From Longimicrobiales bacterium (GTDB lineage Bacteria; Gemmatimonadota; Gemmatimonadetes; Longimicrobiales; Gaopeijiaceae): a stretch of DNA of 64,000 nt. This document shows, in pieces, positions 17,894-27,841 of the stretch (the first letter of the stretch is position 1; each line of letters begins with the position of its first letter). Location: positions 2,752,001-2,816,000 of the forward strand of contig CBDFMQ010000002.1 in the NCBI GenBank assembly GCA_965249725.1, in the 5' to 3' direction. A program made the translations under genes and the position numbers. The notes below the pieces were generated by a model, which did not search any database, had not been told where the DNA came from, and was given only the letters and a program-made list of their open reading frames with translations.

Positions 17894-18448
17894 TCAGCCC
17901 AGAAGGACCATCTTGAGCACGAGCACACCGTAGGCCGCCAGCGCACCCAGACCCGCCTCCCACTCACGATTCCTGACGTACTGGGCTACCGAGAAGCCGC
18001 GGCCCGCCCCTGGAGCGTTGTCCGCCCCACGATAGGGCGCAAAGCGAGGCACGAAGAACGGGACCGCGGCCGAATAGAGTCGGTAAGGCTCACCGAAGGC
18101 CTCGAGCAACTCCGCCTCCTCGCGACGGGCGGTCGCCCGGTAGACAGACAGGTAGAACGTCAGGAAGAGGGCCATGAACACCCACTGCCCTCCCGCAGTG
18201 GTCGCGCCGAGCCCAAGAAAGAAGCTGCCCAGATACAACGGGTTGCGGGTGTAGGCGTAAGGCCCGGCGATGGCAAGTTCCCGGTTCTTCTCGATCGACC
18301 CCGCCGCCCATGCCCGGATCGCCAGCCCGACCGCCCCCAGCGCCACGCCCAGCGCCAATCCGGACGGATAAGGCTCAGCGAAGTAGTAGAACGGAATGAT
18401 GAGGAGCCAGACGGCCCTCAGGCGGAGCTTGCGCAGTGAGATTGGCAC
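17894..18448 (-). CDS. Isoprenylcysteine carboxyl methyltransferase / PEMT family membrane protein
   Basis: GPYAYTRNPLYLG, EEAEL..FG..Y..Y...VP. Confidence 0.85.
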   Translation of the reverse strand: MPISLRKLRLRAVWLLIIPFYYFAEPYPSGLALGVALGAVGLAIRAWAAGSIEKNRELAIAGPYAYTRNPLYLGSFFLGLGATTAGGQWVFMALFLTFYLSVYRATARREEAELLEAFGEPYRLYSAAVPFFVPRFAPYRGADNAPGAGRGFSVAQYVRNREWEAGLGALAAYGVLVLKMVLLG

Positions 18449-18512
18449 CAGTCTGAGTCAGCGCCCTGGGCCCGACGCTCGATCGCCACGCGATCGTGTC
18501 GGGTACCCGAGC

Positions 18513-19367
18513 CTAATTGCCGCCCGCACCGGGATGGATGGCGGTTCCCTGGGTGACTCTGTTGAGATGGAGCGTCACAGACCCGACGACGGGCATCTTG
18601 ATGCGCATGTAGACCAGGTGCCGGTATTCGTCGTCGGCGAAGTGTAGCTCGGCCTCGCCCCCCTCGCTGAAGAGCCCACTGGTCTTGATCGTGGGCCGCA
18701 CCACGATGGTGTTGAAGACGCCGGCGTCCGTCTCCCGGACGTCCTTGCCTTCCACGTAGATGATGACCGGATTGCCTTCCTTCTTGAAGTAGCGAGGGAC
18801 CGTATAGGTCTTCCCGACCTCGAGGGGCAGGGTTCTCACATAGTAGATGAAGGCGATGTCATCCAAGGGCAGAGCCGTGGCGAGATCGCCCGACTCGTCG
18901 TTGTCCGTCCGCTCCCAGTACAACTCTTCGGGGTAGAACTCGTAGAACCGGTAGCTGTTGTAGCCGGGCTCTTTGAGGTCTCGGATGTAGCGTCGCGTGA
19001 GCAGAAGACGCGTGTCGATCCACGAATCCCAATGATCGTCGACCTTCGCTGCGCCGAACAGGAGGCTTCCGCGCAGAGCCATTTGGACATGGTAGGTAGG
19101 CTCACCCCGGATCGAGTCCAAGCCAATGACGTCCATGTAGGCATCGCCGGCGTTGAAGACGCCGAGCTTAACCCCGTACTCGAGGCGCTCCCCAGGGCCC
19201 CATGGAACGACCGCTGCAAACGGATCGACCTCGTACTGCACGGTCGCCGTCGAATCGTCGGTCGTGACGCTTGAAGCGTCGCCGCTTTCGGCTTCGTTGG
19301 ACACCTGCGCCATCGCCCCCAAAGGAGTGATGACCACCAGGCATCCAACTGCCCAGGTCCAGCGCAT
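18513..19367 (-). CDS. Exported DUF3108-like protein
   Basis: Signal peptide from ATG 19367 (MRWTWAVG). GERLEY.VK.G, and AGVFNTIVV.P. Confidence 0.7.
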   Translation of the reverse strand: MRWTWAVGCLVVITPLGAMAQVSNEAESGDASSVTTDDSTATVQYEVDPFAAVVPWGPGERLEYGVKLGVFNAGDAYMDVIGLDSIRGEPTYHVQMALRGSLLFGAAKVDDHWDSWIDTRLLLTRRYIRDLKEPGYNSYRFYEFYPEELYWERTDNDESGDLATALPLDDIAFIYYVRTLPLEVGKTYTVPRYFKKEGNPVIIYVEGKDVRETDAGVFNTIVVRPTIKTSGLFSEGGEAELHFADDEYRHLVYMRIKMPVVGSVTLHLNRVTQGTAIHPGAGGN

Positions 19368-20116
19368 CAGTCTGCTTCCTTCCGTTCGAGACCCTCCCAC
19401 TTTTCTCGTCGTACACGGAGCAGACCGCGAAGGGTTCGAATCGCCCGGAATCTGGAAGGGCGCTGTCGGGCGTCGTACCGCAGATCGAACGGGGCCTCGG
19501 TGATCCGCCGAGCGAAGGGAGCCACGATGCCCAAGAGCTCGAGATTGGCCGCCCAACCGTGGCTGTTCAGCAGTGGCCCCGGTCGATCTCGGAGGGCCTT
19601 CTTGAGCACGACCAGTCGATAGGCGCGGAAGCCGCAAAGCGGATCGGACACCGGAGCGCCCGCAAACGCCCTCCCGAGAACCAGAGGGGCAATCCACCTC
19701 GCCACCTTGACGGGGTGCGGGATCGGTCGACCGTTCTCCTCGACGCTTCCAGCCACGACATCGGCACCGCCCTCGAACGCCTTGATGAGTGGCACGATGT
19801 GGTCGGGGCTCTCCGTAAAGTCCCCCTGAAGCACGATCGCCGCGTCTCGCTTGGGATAGCTGGTCCGATCCAGGGCCTCACGGAGCAGTCGTTCGACCGC
19901 ACGGGAATACCCGACCCGCTGGTCCTCTCGTAGGACGTGCACCGGCAGCACCTTACGGTACCGGGCCAGCACCTCCTGCGTCTCGTCCGACGAGCCATCG
20001 TCGAGGCCCAGGACCTCATACTCCCGTCCGAACTCCAGCATCACCTTTCGGATCTTCCAAAGAAGAACGCCGATGGTTCGGCCTTCGTTGTGCGCGGGAA
20101 TGCAGAGGTAGATCAA
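19367..20116 (-). CDS. Glycosyltransferase family 2
   Basis: IPAHNE, DDGSSD.T, DPLCGFRAY. The DxD position reads QGD. Confidence 0.85.
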   Translation of the reverse strand: MIYLCIPAHNEGRTIGVLLWKIRKVMLEFGREYEVLGLDDGSSDETQEVLARYRKVLPVHVLREDQRVGYSRAVERLLREALDRTSYPKRDAAIVLQGDFTESPDHIVPLIKAFEGGADVVAGSVEENGRPIPHPVKVARWIAPLVLGRAFAGAPVSDPLCGFRAYRLVVLKKALRDRPGPLLNSHGWAANLELLGIVAPFARRITEAPFDLRYDARQRPSRFRAIRTLRGLLRVRREKWEGLERKEAD

Positions 20117-20179
20117 CGGCTCACACCATTAGGAGGTCCGGTCCGGCTTACGAGGCGGAAATCTAATACAGAAGCCCGG

Positions 20180-21076
20180 TCAGCGCGGCTCCGGAGACGG
20201 TCGCGTCTTCCACCGGCGGTGCTGCCAGAAGTACTGCTCGGGCGCCTCCTTGATGCGTTGCTCCAGGAGCGAGGTGTAGCGCTGAGTGAGATCGACGATG
20301 GCCTCTTCGACCGGCACGTCACGACGAACATCCACCCTTTCGGCCCTGACCTTGTAGCGCGAAGGCCAGCCCGGGAGGCGCACTGCGGTTCCGAGAAAGA
20401 CCGGCGCACCGCTGCGCAGAGCGAAAAGAGCCGGTCCCCTGGGGGTCGCCGCGGCACTACCGAAGAAGTCCACGAAGACTCCCCGCCTACGAATGTTCTG
20501 ATCTGAGACGAAGGCAGCGACCCGCCCGTCCGAAAGCGATCGGAGCGCGAGTCGGAACGCGTCGTTCTTGACGATCACGTTGAGTCCCAATCGGGCCCGG
20601 GTTTCGACGAGGTATCGATCGAAGAGCGGGTTCTTCTGGCGGTGCGCCACTACGTCCATAGGCACGCCCCTGGCGGCTGCAGACGCTCCGGCGATCTCCC
20701 AGTTGCCCAGGTGGCCCGAGACGACCACGGCGCCCGCTCCCTTCTCCACCGCGTCACGGAACTCCTCGAAGCCCTCCATGTCGGTCCTTCGGAGCACCTC
20801 TTGGGAGTCCATGCGAGAGAGGCGGAAGGTCATGGCGGCCTCCCTGGCGAAGTGACGGTAGCTGTCCCGGGCCACGCGCCGCCTCCAGCGCGTGGTCCGC
20901 TCGGGAAACGCCAGGGCGAGGTGCCGATCCACGTCGGTCCTCCTGATGCGAAAGACGACTCCGCCGAGCCACCCGAGGCCCGCACAGAGGCCGAGGGCGA
21001 GCCTCTCCGGGGGCACGCCGATCATCCAGGCAAGCGTCCGAAACGCCGCATACTCCACACGGTACCGGAAAGACAC
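20180..21076 (-). CDS. lpxL: Lipid A late acyltransferase (LpxL/HtrB family)
   Basis: GHLGNWE, DQ, FFG..A.T, PEQYFWQHRRWK. Directly downstream of msbA. Confidence 0.85.
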   Translation of the reverse strand: MSFRYRVEYAAFRTLAWMIGVPPERLALGLCAGLGWLGGVVFRIRRTDVDRHLALAFPERTTRWRRRVARDSYRHFAREAAMTFRLSRMDSQEVLRRTDMEGFEEFRDAVEKGAGAVVVSGHLGNWEIAGASAAARGVPMDVVAHRQKNPLFDRYLVETRARLGLNVIVKNDAFRLALRSLSDGRVAAFVSDQNIRRRGVFVDFFGSAAATPRGPALFALRSGAPVFLGTAVRLPGWPSRYKVRAERVDVRRDVPVEEAIVDLTQRYTSLLEQRIKEAPEQYFWQHRRWKTRPSPEPR

Positions 21077-21081
21077 GGGGA

Positions 21082-22938
21082 TCAGGCCTCCGCTGATTCG
21101 TCCGGAGCGGGCTCCGAGAACTGAAGCTCGTAGAGGCGTCGATAGAGTCCATCGGTCGCATAGAGCGACTCGTGATCGCCTCGTTCGACGATCTGTCCTT
21201 CGTCGACCACCAGGATGAGGTCGGCCCTCTGGACCGTCGAGAGGCGGTGGGCGATGACCAGCACGGTCCGCCCCACGAGGAGGTGCTCAACCGCCTGCTG
21301 GACCAGCCGCTCCGACTCGGCATCGAGGGCGCTCGTGGCTTCGTCGAAGACCAGGATCGGCGGATCGTTGAGTATCGCCCTGGCGATGGCGACCCGTTGC
21401 CGCTGCCCTCCGGAGAGGCGAGTGCCCCGCTCTCCCACGACCGTGTCGTACGCCTCGGGGAGCGCGACGATAAAGTCGTGCGCGTTCGCCGCCCTCGCCG
21501 CTCGCTCGACCTCTTCCTGGGTCGCCTCCGCCGCACCATAGGCGATATTGGCTCTGACCGTATCATGGAAGAGCACCGTCTCTTGCGAGACGATTCCCAT
21601 CGCCCCCCTCAGGCTCGATATCGTGAGGTCCCGGACGTCGACACCGTCGACCGCCACTCGACCGGCACTGACGTCATAGAACCGTCCCAACAGATCCACG
21701 ATGGTGGTCTTGCCCCCCCCGCTGGGCCCCACGAGAGCGACCACACTGCCCTTCGGTACGTCGAACGAAATCCGTCGAAGCACCGGCTCGTCCGATTCGT
21801 ACTGGAAGTCCACCTCCTCGAAGGCGAGGCCCTCTTGGAGCCCCACCATGGGCTTGGCTCCGGAACGATCCCGGATCTCGACCGGGGCATCGAGGAACTC
21901 GAAGACTCGCTCAGCGCCCGCCAAGCCTGGCTGGACGAGCGCCGGAAACTTGGCGACGTACTTCACAGGGGCGTACAGCTTGAGGCTGAAGGCCAGGAAG
22001 CCTACGAACTGAGCGCCGCTCAACTCGCCCTGAACCACGACCAGGCGAGCCCCATACCAGAGGATCACCACCGTGCCAACCGTCGCCAGCGTCTCGGTGA
22101 GCGGCCCGGCCAGCGCCCGCAGCCTCTCGGTTCTGACGAAGGTCCTGAAGTAGTCACCCGTGAGGCCGTGGAAACGTCCGCGCTCCATCTCCTCGGCAGC
22201 AGACGATTTCACGAGTCGGATGCCGGTCAAGGTCTCCTGAATGTGGGCATTCACATCCCCGGCGAGATCCAACACCCGACGATCACCTCCACGCAAGCGC
22301 TTCACCAGCGGCCCCCAGACGCCCATCGTGCCGGGAATCACGATGAAGGCCGCCAGCGTGAGCTTCCACGACAGAATGGCCATGAACGCCGCGGCGGCCA
22401 GGAACTCGAAGCTCGACGACAGGACCTTCGCGAGTTCCTTGGTGATGAGCTGGCGAACCTGCTCTACGTCGTGCGTGAGCCGCGACGCGATCTGCCCAAC
22501 ACGGGTCCGCCCGAAAAACGCCAGGTCCAACTCCAGGAGATGATCGTACACCTCGTTCCGGAGATCGCGCGTGACCGACTGTTCGGCCCGGGCCACCAGA
22601 TAGGTCCGGCCGAAGTCGAAGATGTTCTTCACAACGAAGATCAGCAGAATCAGCAGGATGATGCCCTGAACCGCCTGGAGGGGATCGCCCTCCACGTCCA
22701 CGATGCGGTAGACCGTCGCATCGAGCATGCGTGTCATCAGGTCCGGATTGGCGGGGGTCGTGCCAGCGGCAGTGCCGGCTCCCGGCGACTGGACGGCGAA
22801 GAGCGTCTCGACGAAGGGAATCAGCAGCAGGAATGCCGACGCGTCGAGCGCCGCAAAGAGGAACGTAGACACCACCGCCGCCAGGAAAACACCGGCATGC
22901 GGTCTCAAGTACGAGAGGATTCGGAGGTAGAGCTTCAC
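21082..22938 (-). CDS. msbA: Lipid A export ABC transporter
   Basis: Fused TMD-NBD with GPSGGGKTT, LSGGQRQR, FDEATSALD and IAHRLST, next to lpxL. Confidence 0.85.
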   Translation of the reverse strand: MKLYLRILSYLRPHAGVFLAAVVSTFLFAALDASAFLLLIPFVETLFAVQSPGAGTAAGTTPANPDLMTRMLDATVYRIVDVEGDPLQAVQGIILLILLIFVVKNIFDFGRTYLVARAEQSVTRDLRNEVYDHLLELDLAFFGRTRVGQIASRLTHDVEQVRQLITKELAKVLSSSFEFLAAAAFMAILSWKLTLAAFIVIPGTMGVWGPLVKRLRGGDRRVLDLAGDVNAHIQETLTGIRLVKSSAAEEMERGRFHGLTGDYFRTFVRTERLRALAGPLTETLATVGTVVILWYGARLVVVQGELSGAQFVGFLAFSLKLYAPVKYVAKFPALVQPGLAGAERVFEFLDAPVEIRDRSGAKPMVGLQEGLAFEEVDFQYESDEPVLRRISFDVPKGSVVALVGPSGGGKTTIVDLLGRFYDVSAGRVAVDGVDVRDLTISSLRGAMGIVSQETVLFHDTVRANIAYGAAEATQEEVERAARAANAHDFIVALPEAYDTVVGERGTRLSGGQRQRVAIARAILNDPPILVFDEATSALDAESERLVQQAVEHLLVGRTVLVIAHRLSTVQRADLILVVDEGQIVERGDHESLYATDGLYRRLYELQFSEPAPDESAEA

Positions 22939-23007
22939 GAGGTTCGGCCCGTTCGGATCGAGAGCCTCTCGCCCTCTGGATGGTACATATCGGTCATCGA
23001 ACCGGGC

Positions 23008-24600
23008 CTACAGGCCCGTTGGGCTCGGAGGTCCGGTTGGACGCGGTGTGAGTCGTGCGATGGGCACGATCATCTCCTCCGGCGAGATGCCCCCGTGCAG
23101 GAAGGAGTTCCGGTACCGCTGTTGGTACTCCCTCAGTTTCGTCGGATAGACGAAGAAGTAGTCTTCCAGGGCAAGAACGTAGGTCGTACCCAACCTTCCT
23201 TCGGGAAGACGCAGATCCACGTTGTCCGACGTAGAGAACGCCGCAGCCGGATCCTCGGCCCTGAGGTCCTGGCCGAACTTGTAGCGGAGGTTGCTGGTGG
23301 CGTCACGGCGTGCGAACACGGTCGTCGGATGTTGGCACAGAATCGATCCGTGATCGGTGGTCATGATCACCTTGTGACCCGCGGCGGCGGCTTCCTTGAG
23401 GACCGAGAACGCCGTTGACCCCTTGAACCAGGCCCTCGTCAAACCTCGAAGGGCCGCCTCGTCCTTCGCCACCTCCATGAGGATGGGCGATTCGCTTCGG
23501 CCGTGGGTCATGAGGTCCACGAAGTTGAACACCATGGCGATGACGGACCCGGGCTTCTTGAGGGCCGAACGAACCCGACCCCTGACCTGATCACTGCCCC
23601 GATCGGTGAAGATCTTCTCGTAGTGCACCGGCACCTTGCGGCCGGTGATCCGCTCGAGTTGAGCCTCCAGCAGTTCATCCTCGAACGCGTTCAGGCTGCC
23701 CTCGTCGTCGGACCGATCCCACCAACTCGGGCGATCCTTGGCGATCTGATCCGGATACTGTCCGCTGAAGATGGCGTTCCTGGCATAGGGTGTGGCCGTG
23801 GGCAGGATCGAATAGTGGTACGACTCCTCGATCTCGAAGTGTTGTGCTACCAGTGGAGTCATTACGCGCCACTGGTCGAGACGCATGCAGTCGAGCACGA
23901 CCAGGAACACCGGGTCCTCCCCTAGCAACGGCACGAGGTGCTCCCGAACGACATCCACGGAAAGAAGGGGTGATTCACCCTCGCCGCGGAGCCACCGCGG
24001 ATACTCCTTGCCTACCCAGTGACCGAAGTCGGTACGGAGGTCGGTCATTAGGGACTGGACCGTGTCGAGTAGGCCGGCCTCGCCCGCCTCCTCGAGTCGC
24101 ACGTGCCAATCTGTGAGCTCGATGTAGACCTCCGCGAACTCGTCGGCCGTCCGGGCCTCCTGCCGCTTCATGGACAGCCGCCCAAAGCGCGAAGCGAAGT
24201 CTTGGGCGACGCGTTGCTGCCGTATCGATGACCCCTCCAGAATGCGCGTCACAACCGAGAGCACTTGTCGGGGGCTGGTGGGCTTAACCAGGTAGTCCGC
24301 CACCTGCCGACCGATGGCCTCGGTCATGGTGTGGTCCTCCTCAGACTTGGTCACCATCACCACACTCGCGTGCGGATCTTCCCGGCGCAGAATCTCCAGT
24401 ACCTCCAGGCCCCGCCTCCCGGGCATCTGCTCGTCGAGCAGGACGAGGTCGTACGGGTGCTTGCGCATGAGCACGAGCGCGTCGTCCCCGTTGGTAATGG
24501 CGTCGACGTGGTATCCCCGAGCCTGCAGGAACAGGAGGTGGGGCTTGAGGAGGTGGATCTCGTCGTCGACCCACAGGATGCGTTTTCTGGTGGGTTCCAT
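23008..24600 (-). CDS. PorX-like response regulator (REC + PglZ/alkaline-phosphatase domain)
   Basis: ILWVDDE, LLDEQMPG, TKSEE, then LDCMRLDQW, SILPTATPYARNAIF, NFVDLMTH, TTDHG, HGGISPEEM. Confidence 0.9.
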   Translation of the reverse strand: MEPTRKRILWVDDEIHLLKPHLLFLQARGYHVDAITNGDDALVLMRKHPYDLVLLDEQMPGRRGLEVLEILRREDPHASVVMVTKSEEDHTMTEAIGRQVADYLVKPTSPRQVLSVVTRILEGSSIRQQRVAQDFASRFGRLSMKRQEARTADEFAEVYIELTDWHVRLEEAGEAGLLDTVQSLMTDLRTDFGHWVGKEYPRWLRGEGESPLLSVDVVREHLVPLLGEDPVFLVVLDCMRLDQWRVMTPLVAQHFEIEESYHYSILPTATPYARNAIFSGQYPDQIAKDRPSWWDRSDDEGSLNAFEDELLEAQLERITGRKVPVHYEKIFTDRGSDQVRGRVRSALKKPGSVIAMVFNFVDLMTHGRSESPILMEVAKDEAALRGLTRAWFKGSTAFSVLKEAAAAGHKVIMTTDHGSILCQHPTTVFARRDATSNLRYKFGQDLRAEDPAAAFSTSDNVDLRLPEGRLGTTYVLALEDYFFVYPTKLREYQQRYRNSFLHGGISPEEMIVPIARLTPRPTGPPSPTGL

Positions 24601-24702
24601 GGCGGAAACCTAAGCCCGGCCCGAAGCCGAAAGAAGGTTCGGACCGAGTTGACCGCTCCCAATCATGATGAATGAGATCGGCCGCACGGGGCCGCGTATC
24701 AC

Positions 24703-25395
24703 CTACATGCTGATCGTGTAGGGGAACCAGGACCCCACAGGCTTCCCGGCCTTCCTCGCCGGGGCAAAGACCCACTCCGACGCCTCTCGCACCAGACGCT
24801 CGTTGAAGTCGCCATCCGACGTAGGCGGCCGGAGCTGCGTAGAGTCCGCGACCACCCGCCCGCTCTCGTTCACGAAGACCCAGACCTCGACCTCTTGGCC
24901 CTTGAGGCTCTTGTTGGCCGGCGGAATGATCATCCCGCGAGGAGAGGGCGGCACCAGTCGGAAGAACCCCTCGGCGGCGTTCCCTCCGTCGCCCCGACCG
25001 TCTCCTTCGGCGAGCCCCGAGCCTTCGTCTCCCGGCCGGTCGCCGAGAATGGACGCCGTCTCGATCTCCTGCTCCATCTCCATTTCCAGCTGCAGGACCG
25101 GTTCGGCGGTAGGCAGCGGGATCTTGGGAGGAATGATGGGACGGGGAGGAGGGATTCTGAGACTGACGGTCTGCATCCCGCCGGAGGCCGCTCGGTTGTC
25201 CCCAGCCCTCGGACCGGCTGCGGCAAAGGAAGATTGGAGCGGGCCTTCGGCCGACCAGAGGAAGAACACCAGCAGGTGAAACGCGACAGACGCCACGGCA
25301 CCGTTCCGCCAATACCTTCGCTCGGCGAAGCGTCTCTCCTCATTGCTGAGAAAGTGGCTGCTGTGCGTGGTCATCTGGAAAACCGGTTCACTCAT
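24703..25395 (-). CDS. TonB-like energy transducer
   Basis: TM anchor with SVAFH, Pro-rich linker, C-terminal VFVNESGRV...W.F.PARK.GKPV. Start uncertain (25395 or 25374). Confidence 0.75.
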   Translation of the reverse strand: MSEPVFQMTTHSSHFLSNEERRFAERRYWRNGAVASVAFHLLVFFLWSAEGPLQSSFAAAGPRAGDNRAASGGMQTVSLRIPPPRPIIPPKIPLPTAEPVLQLEMEMEQEIETASILGDRPGDEGSGLAEGDGRGDGGNAAEGFFRLVPPSPRGMIIPPANKSLKGQEVEVWVFVNESGRVVADSTQLRPPTSDGDFNERLVREASEWVFAPARKAGKPVGSWFPYTISM

Positions 25396-25559
25396 TCCGA
25401 AGACATCCGGGAGACCAAGGGGGTCACCGCAAGGTGACACCCAAGGGGTCATCTATATGTACTGCCCTACCCGTGCTCGGGTTTCGCCCACGGCTACCCA
25501 ACGCGTAGCCTAACAGCCAAGATCCCGCACTTCGCAAGTCCAGGAGACGGCAGACGGCC

Positions 25560-26933
25560 ATGAGTATACCTGATACTACAGCCCCAGGTTCGCGGGAGTC
25601 GTGGGGCAGTCGTTTCGGCTTCATCATGGCTACCGCAGGCTTCGCGGTCGGGCTCGGTAACATATGGCGCTTCCCCTACGTGACAGGAAGTAACGGCGGC
25701 GGCGCCTTTCTGCTGGTCTACGTGGCGTTCTGCATCCTCATCGGCATCCCGCTGCTCACAGCCGAAATCGGGCTCGGACGAAAGGTCCGGCTCACGTCCC
25801 CGGCCGGCATGAGGAAGGTGACCGGCAGCGCCGTCCACCCGTGGAACGCGATCGGTTGGATGGGTACCGCAACCGCCACCATCATCATGGGCTACTACCT
25901 GATGCTTCTCGGGTGGATCGCCGGATACCTGGTGATGGCCATCTCGGGAGACCTCGCCGTGCCCCCCGAGGGGGGGTACGAGGGGCTCTACGTGGGGTTC
26001 GTCTCGCGACCCGGCGTCGTCCTGGCCTATACCGCCGTCGTCACCACCGCGATGTGTGCCATCGTGTGGATGGGTGTTCAAAAGGGTGTGGAGCGCCTGG
26101 CCCAAATCGGTATGCCCCTGTTCTTCCTGATCCTGCTTGCACTCGCCGTCCGCTCGTTGACCTTTCCGGGCGCCGCCGAGGGGCTGACCTGGTATCTCCG
26201 TCCCGACTTCTCGGCTCTGGACGGCGAAGCGGTGCTCATCGCCCTGGGTCAGGCCTTCTACTCCATCGGGATCGGCATGGCAGCGGCTTTCGGCTTCGGC
26301 AGCTACCTGGACCCCGACCGCAGTGACGTGCCCGGCAGCGCAGCCATCGTCGTGGCCTTCGACACGTTGGTCGCATTCATCGCGGGCCTAGTACTCTTCC
26401 CCGCTCTCTTTGCGTTCGGCCTGGAGCCGGACGCGGGGCCCGGACTGTTATTCGTGACGATGGCCAACCTGTTCGGCCGCATGCCGGCCGGTCAGGTACT
26501 CAGCATCGGCTTCTTCCTCCTGCTGCTCCTTGCAGGGGTGACGTCGGCGGTGGCTCAACTCGAGGTGTTGGTGGCGACCCTGGGCGACTCCTGGAGCATC
26601 GGTCGCAAGAAGGGTGTGCTCCTGGTCGGAAGCGGCCTGTTCCTACTCAACGTTCCGGTTGTGCTGTCCCAAGGACCGTGGTCGCAGGTCCGGGTGTTCG
26701 GAATGGATCTATTCGTGCTGACGGACTATCTGTCGGGAAGCCTACTTCTCCCGATCGGTGCTCTGGCGTTGGCCCTTTATGTGGCCCTGTCTTGGGGATG
26801 GCGGGGGTTCCAAGACGACATGAATCTGGGGGCCGGAGCGGTCAAGGTCGGCGCGAGCTGGAAGCCCTTCGTCATGGTCCTCATTCCGATCGCGGTGGCG
26901 ATGATCCTGCTCGTGGGCCTGGGCGTGGTCTAG
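25560..26933 (+). CDS. Sodium-dependent transporter, NSS/SNF family
   Basis: AVGLGNIWRFPY, NGGGAF, GQAFYS, GPGLLF, multiple TM segments. Confidence 0.95.
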   Translation: MSIPDTTAPGSRESWGSRFGFIMATAGFAVGLGNIWRFPYVTGSNGGGAFLLVYVAFCILIGIPLLTAEIGLGRKVRLTSPAGMRKVTGSAVHPWNAIGWMGTATATIIMGYYLMLLGWIAGYLVMAISGDLAVPPEGGYEGLYVGFVSRPGVVLAYTAVVTTAMCAIVWMGVQKGVERLAQIGMPLFFLILLALAVRSLTFPGAAEGLTWYLRPDFSALDGEAVLIALGQAFYSIGIGMAAAFGFGSYLDPDRSDVPGSAAIVVAFDTLVAFIAGLVLFPALFAFGLEPDAGPGLLFVTMANLFGRMPAGQVLSIGFFLLLLLAGVTSAVAQLEVLVATLGDSWSIGRKKGVLLVGSGLFLLNVPVVLSQGPWSQVRVFGMDLFVLTDYLSGSLLLPIGALALALYVALSWGWRGFQDDMNLGAGAVKVGASWKPFVMVLIPIAVAMILLVGLGVV

Positions 26934-27007
26934 CGCTTGCTCCCCCCCTCCCCTTTGGACAAGTTCGTTCCTCCGTGTGCAGAACCCGCCTCAGTATGAG
27001 CTGAACG

Positions 27008-27829
27008 ATGACAGACACCACGCAGAACGTACCCAGGGGCCTTCGTCCCGACCTCCCCAAGCGGCCCGCCATCGAAGGAGACGCGTGGGAGAAGATCCAG
27101 GCCGCCCAGGAGAAGATGAAGGAGCGGGAGTACGTGCGTTTTTCGGTGTTCCGCGTGGATCCCGCCTGGCGCAGGCTTCCGACGGAGGAACGTGAGCGTC
27201 ACAAAGACGAGTTCGAGTCGGTCATCGCCGACCGCGTCACCGCCATGATGATCTACTCGTACGGCTTGGTCGGGACTCGGGGTGATGCCGACTTCATTCT
27301 GTGGCAGGCCGGGCGTGAACTAGACCGGCTCCACGAGCTGGCAGCGGCCATCAACCACACCGCCCTCGCAGGATACCTGTCGCTCTCCCACTCGTATTTC
27401 GCGATGACCAAGCGGTCCATCTATTTGAACCGTTACGAGGACGAGTACATCGCTGCCTACGGCGGCATGGACGTGGTCGACCGCTCCCGTGTCGCCCTCA
27501 ACCCCCAGGGGTCCAAGTACCTGTTCGTCTATCCGATGGCGAAGACTCGGGAGTGGTACAAGCTCTCGCACGAAGATCGTCAGCGGATGATGGACGAACA
27601 CATTCGGATCGGTCATCAGTGGCCCGACGTGAAGCTCAACACCACCTATTCCTACGGACTGGACGATCAGGAATTCGTGGTGGCGTTCGAGGCGGATCAT
27701 CCGGGGCGCTTCGTCGATCTGCTCATGGCGTTGCGCCTCAGCGAATCGTCGTCGTACACCCTCTTCGACGTGCCCGCCTTTACCGGCCTCGCCATGTCCA
27801 TGCATGACACTCTGGATTCGCTGGGCTGA
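27008..27829 (+). CDS. chdC: Coproheme decarboxylase (ChdC/HemQ), chlorite dismutase superfamily
   Basis: YPMAK signature, WY.L..E.RQRMMDEH, GLDDQEFVVAFE. Adjacent to heme o synthase. Confidence 0.78.
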   Translation: MTDTTQNVPRGLRPDLPKRPAIEGDAWEKIQAAQEKMKEREYVRFSVFRVDPAWRRLPTEERERHKDEFESVIADRVTAMMIYSYGLVGTRGDADFILWQAGRELDRLHELAAAINHTALAGYLSLSHSYFAMTKRSIYLNRYEDEYIAAYGGMDVVDRSRVALNPQGSKYLFVYPMAKTREWYKLSHEDRQRMMDEHIRIGHQWPDVKLNTTYSYGLDDQEFVVAFEADHPGRFVDLLMALRLSESSSYTLFDVPAFTGLAMSMHDTLDSLG

Positions 27830-27841
27830 GGCGCTGAACCC

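Noticed and set aside
21172..23418. 748-aa plus-strand ORF
   Set aside because: Antisense shadow of msbA and the porX-like gene, typical of high-GC codon bias; no recognisable motifs.
23008..24600. BREX anti-phage PglZ
   Set aside because: Fused to a receiver domain as in PorX, with no brx/pglX genes nearby.
25405..25460. Glycine riboswitch (GGGAGA...CACCCAAGGGG resemblance)
   Set aside because: Lacks the conserved GAAG and CTCTCAGG elements. Kept only as an unassigned structured region.
27008..27829. Functional chlorite dismutase
   Set aside because: No distal Arg, no export signal, ChdC signature present, and heme-synthesis context.
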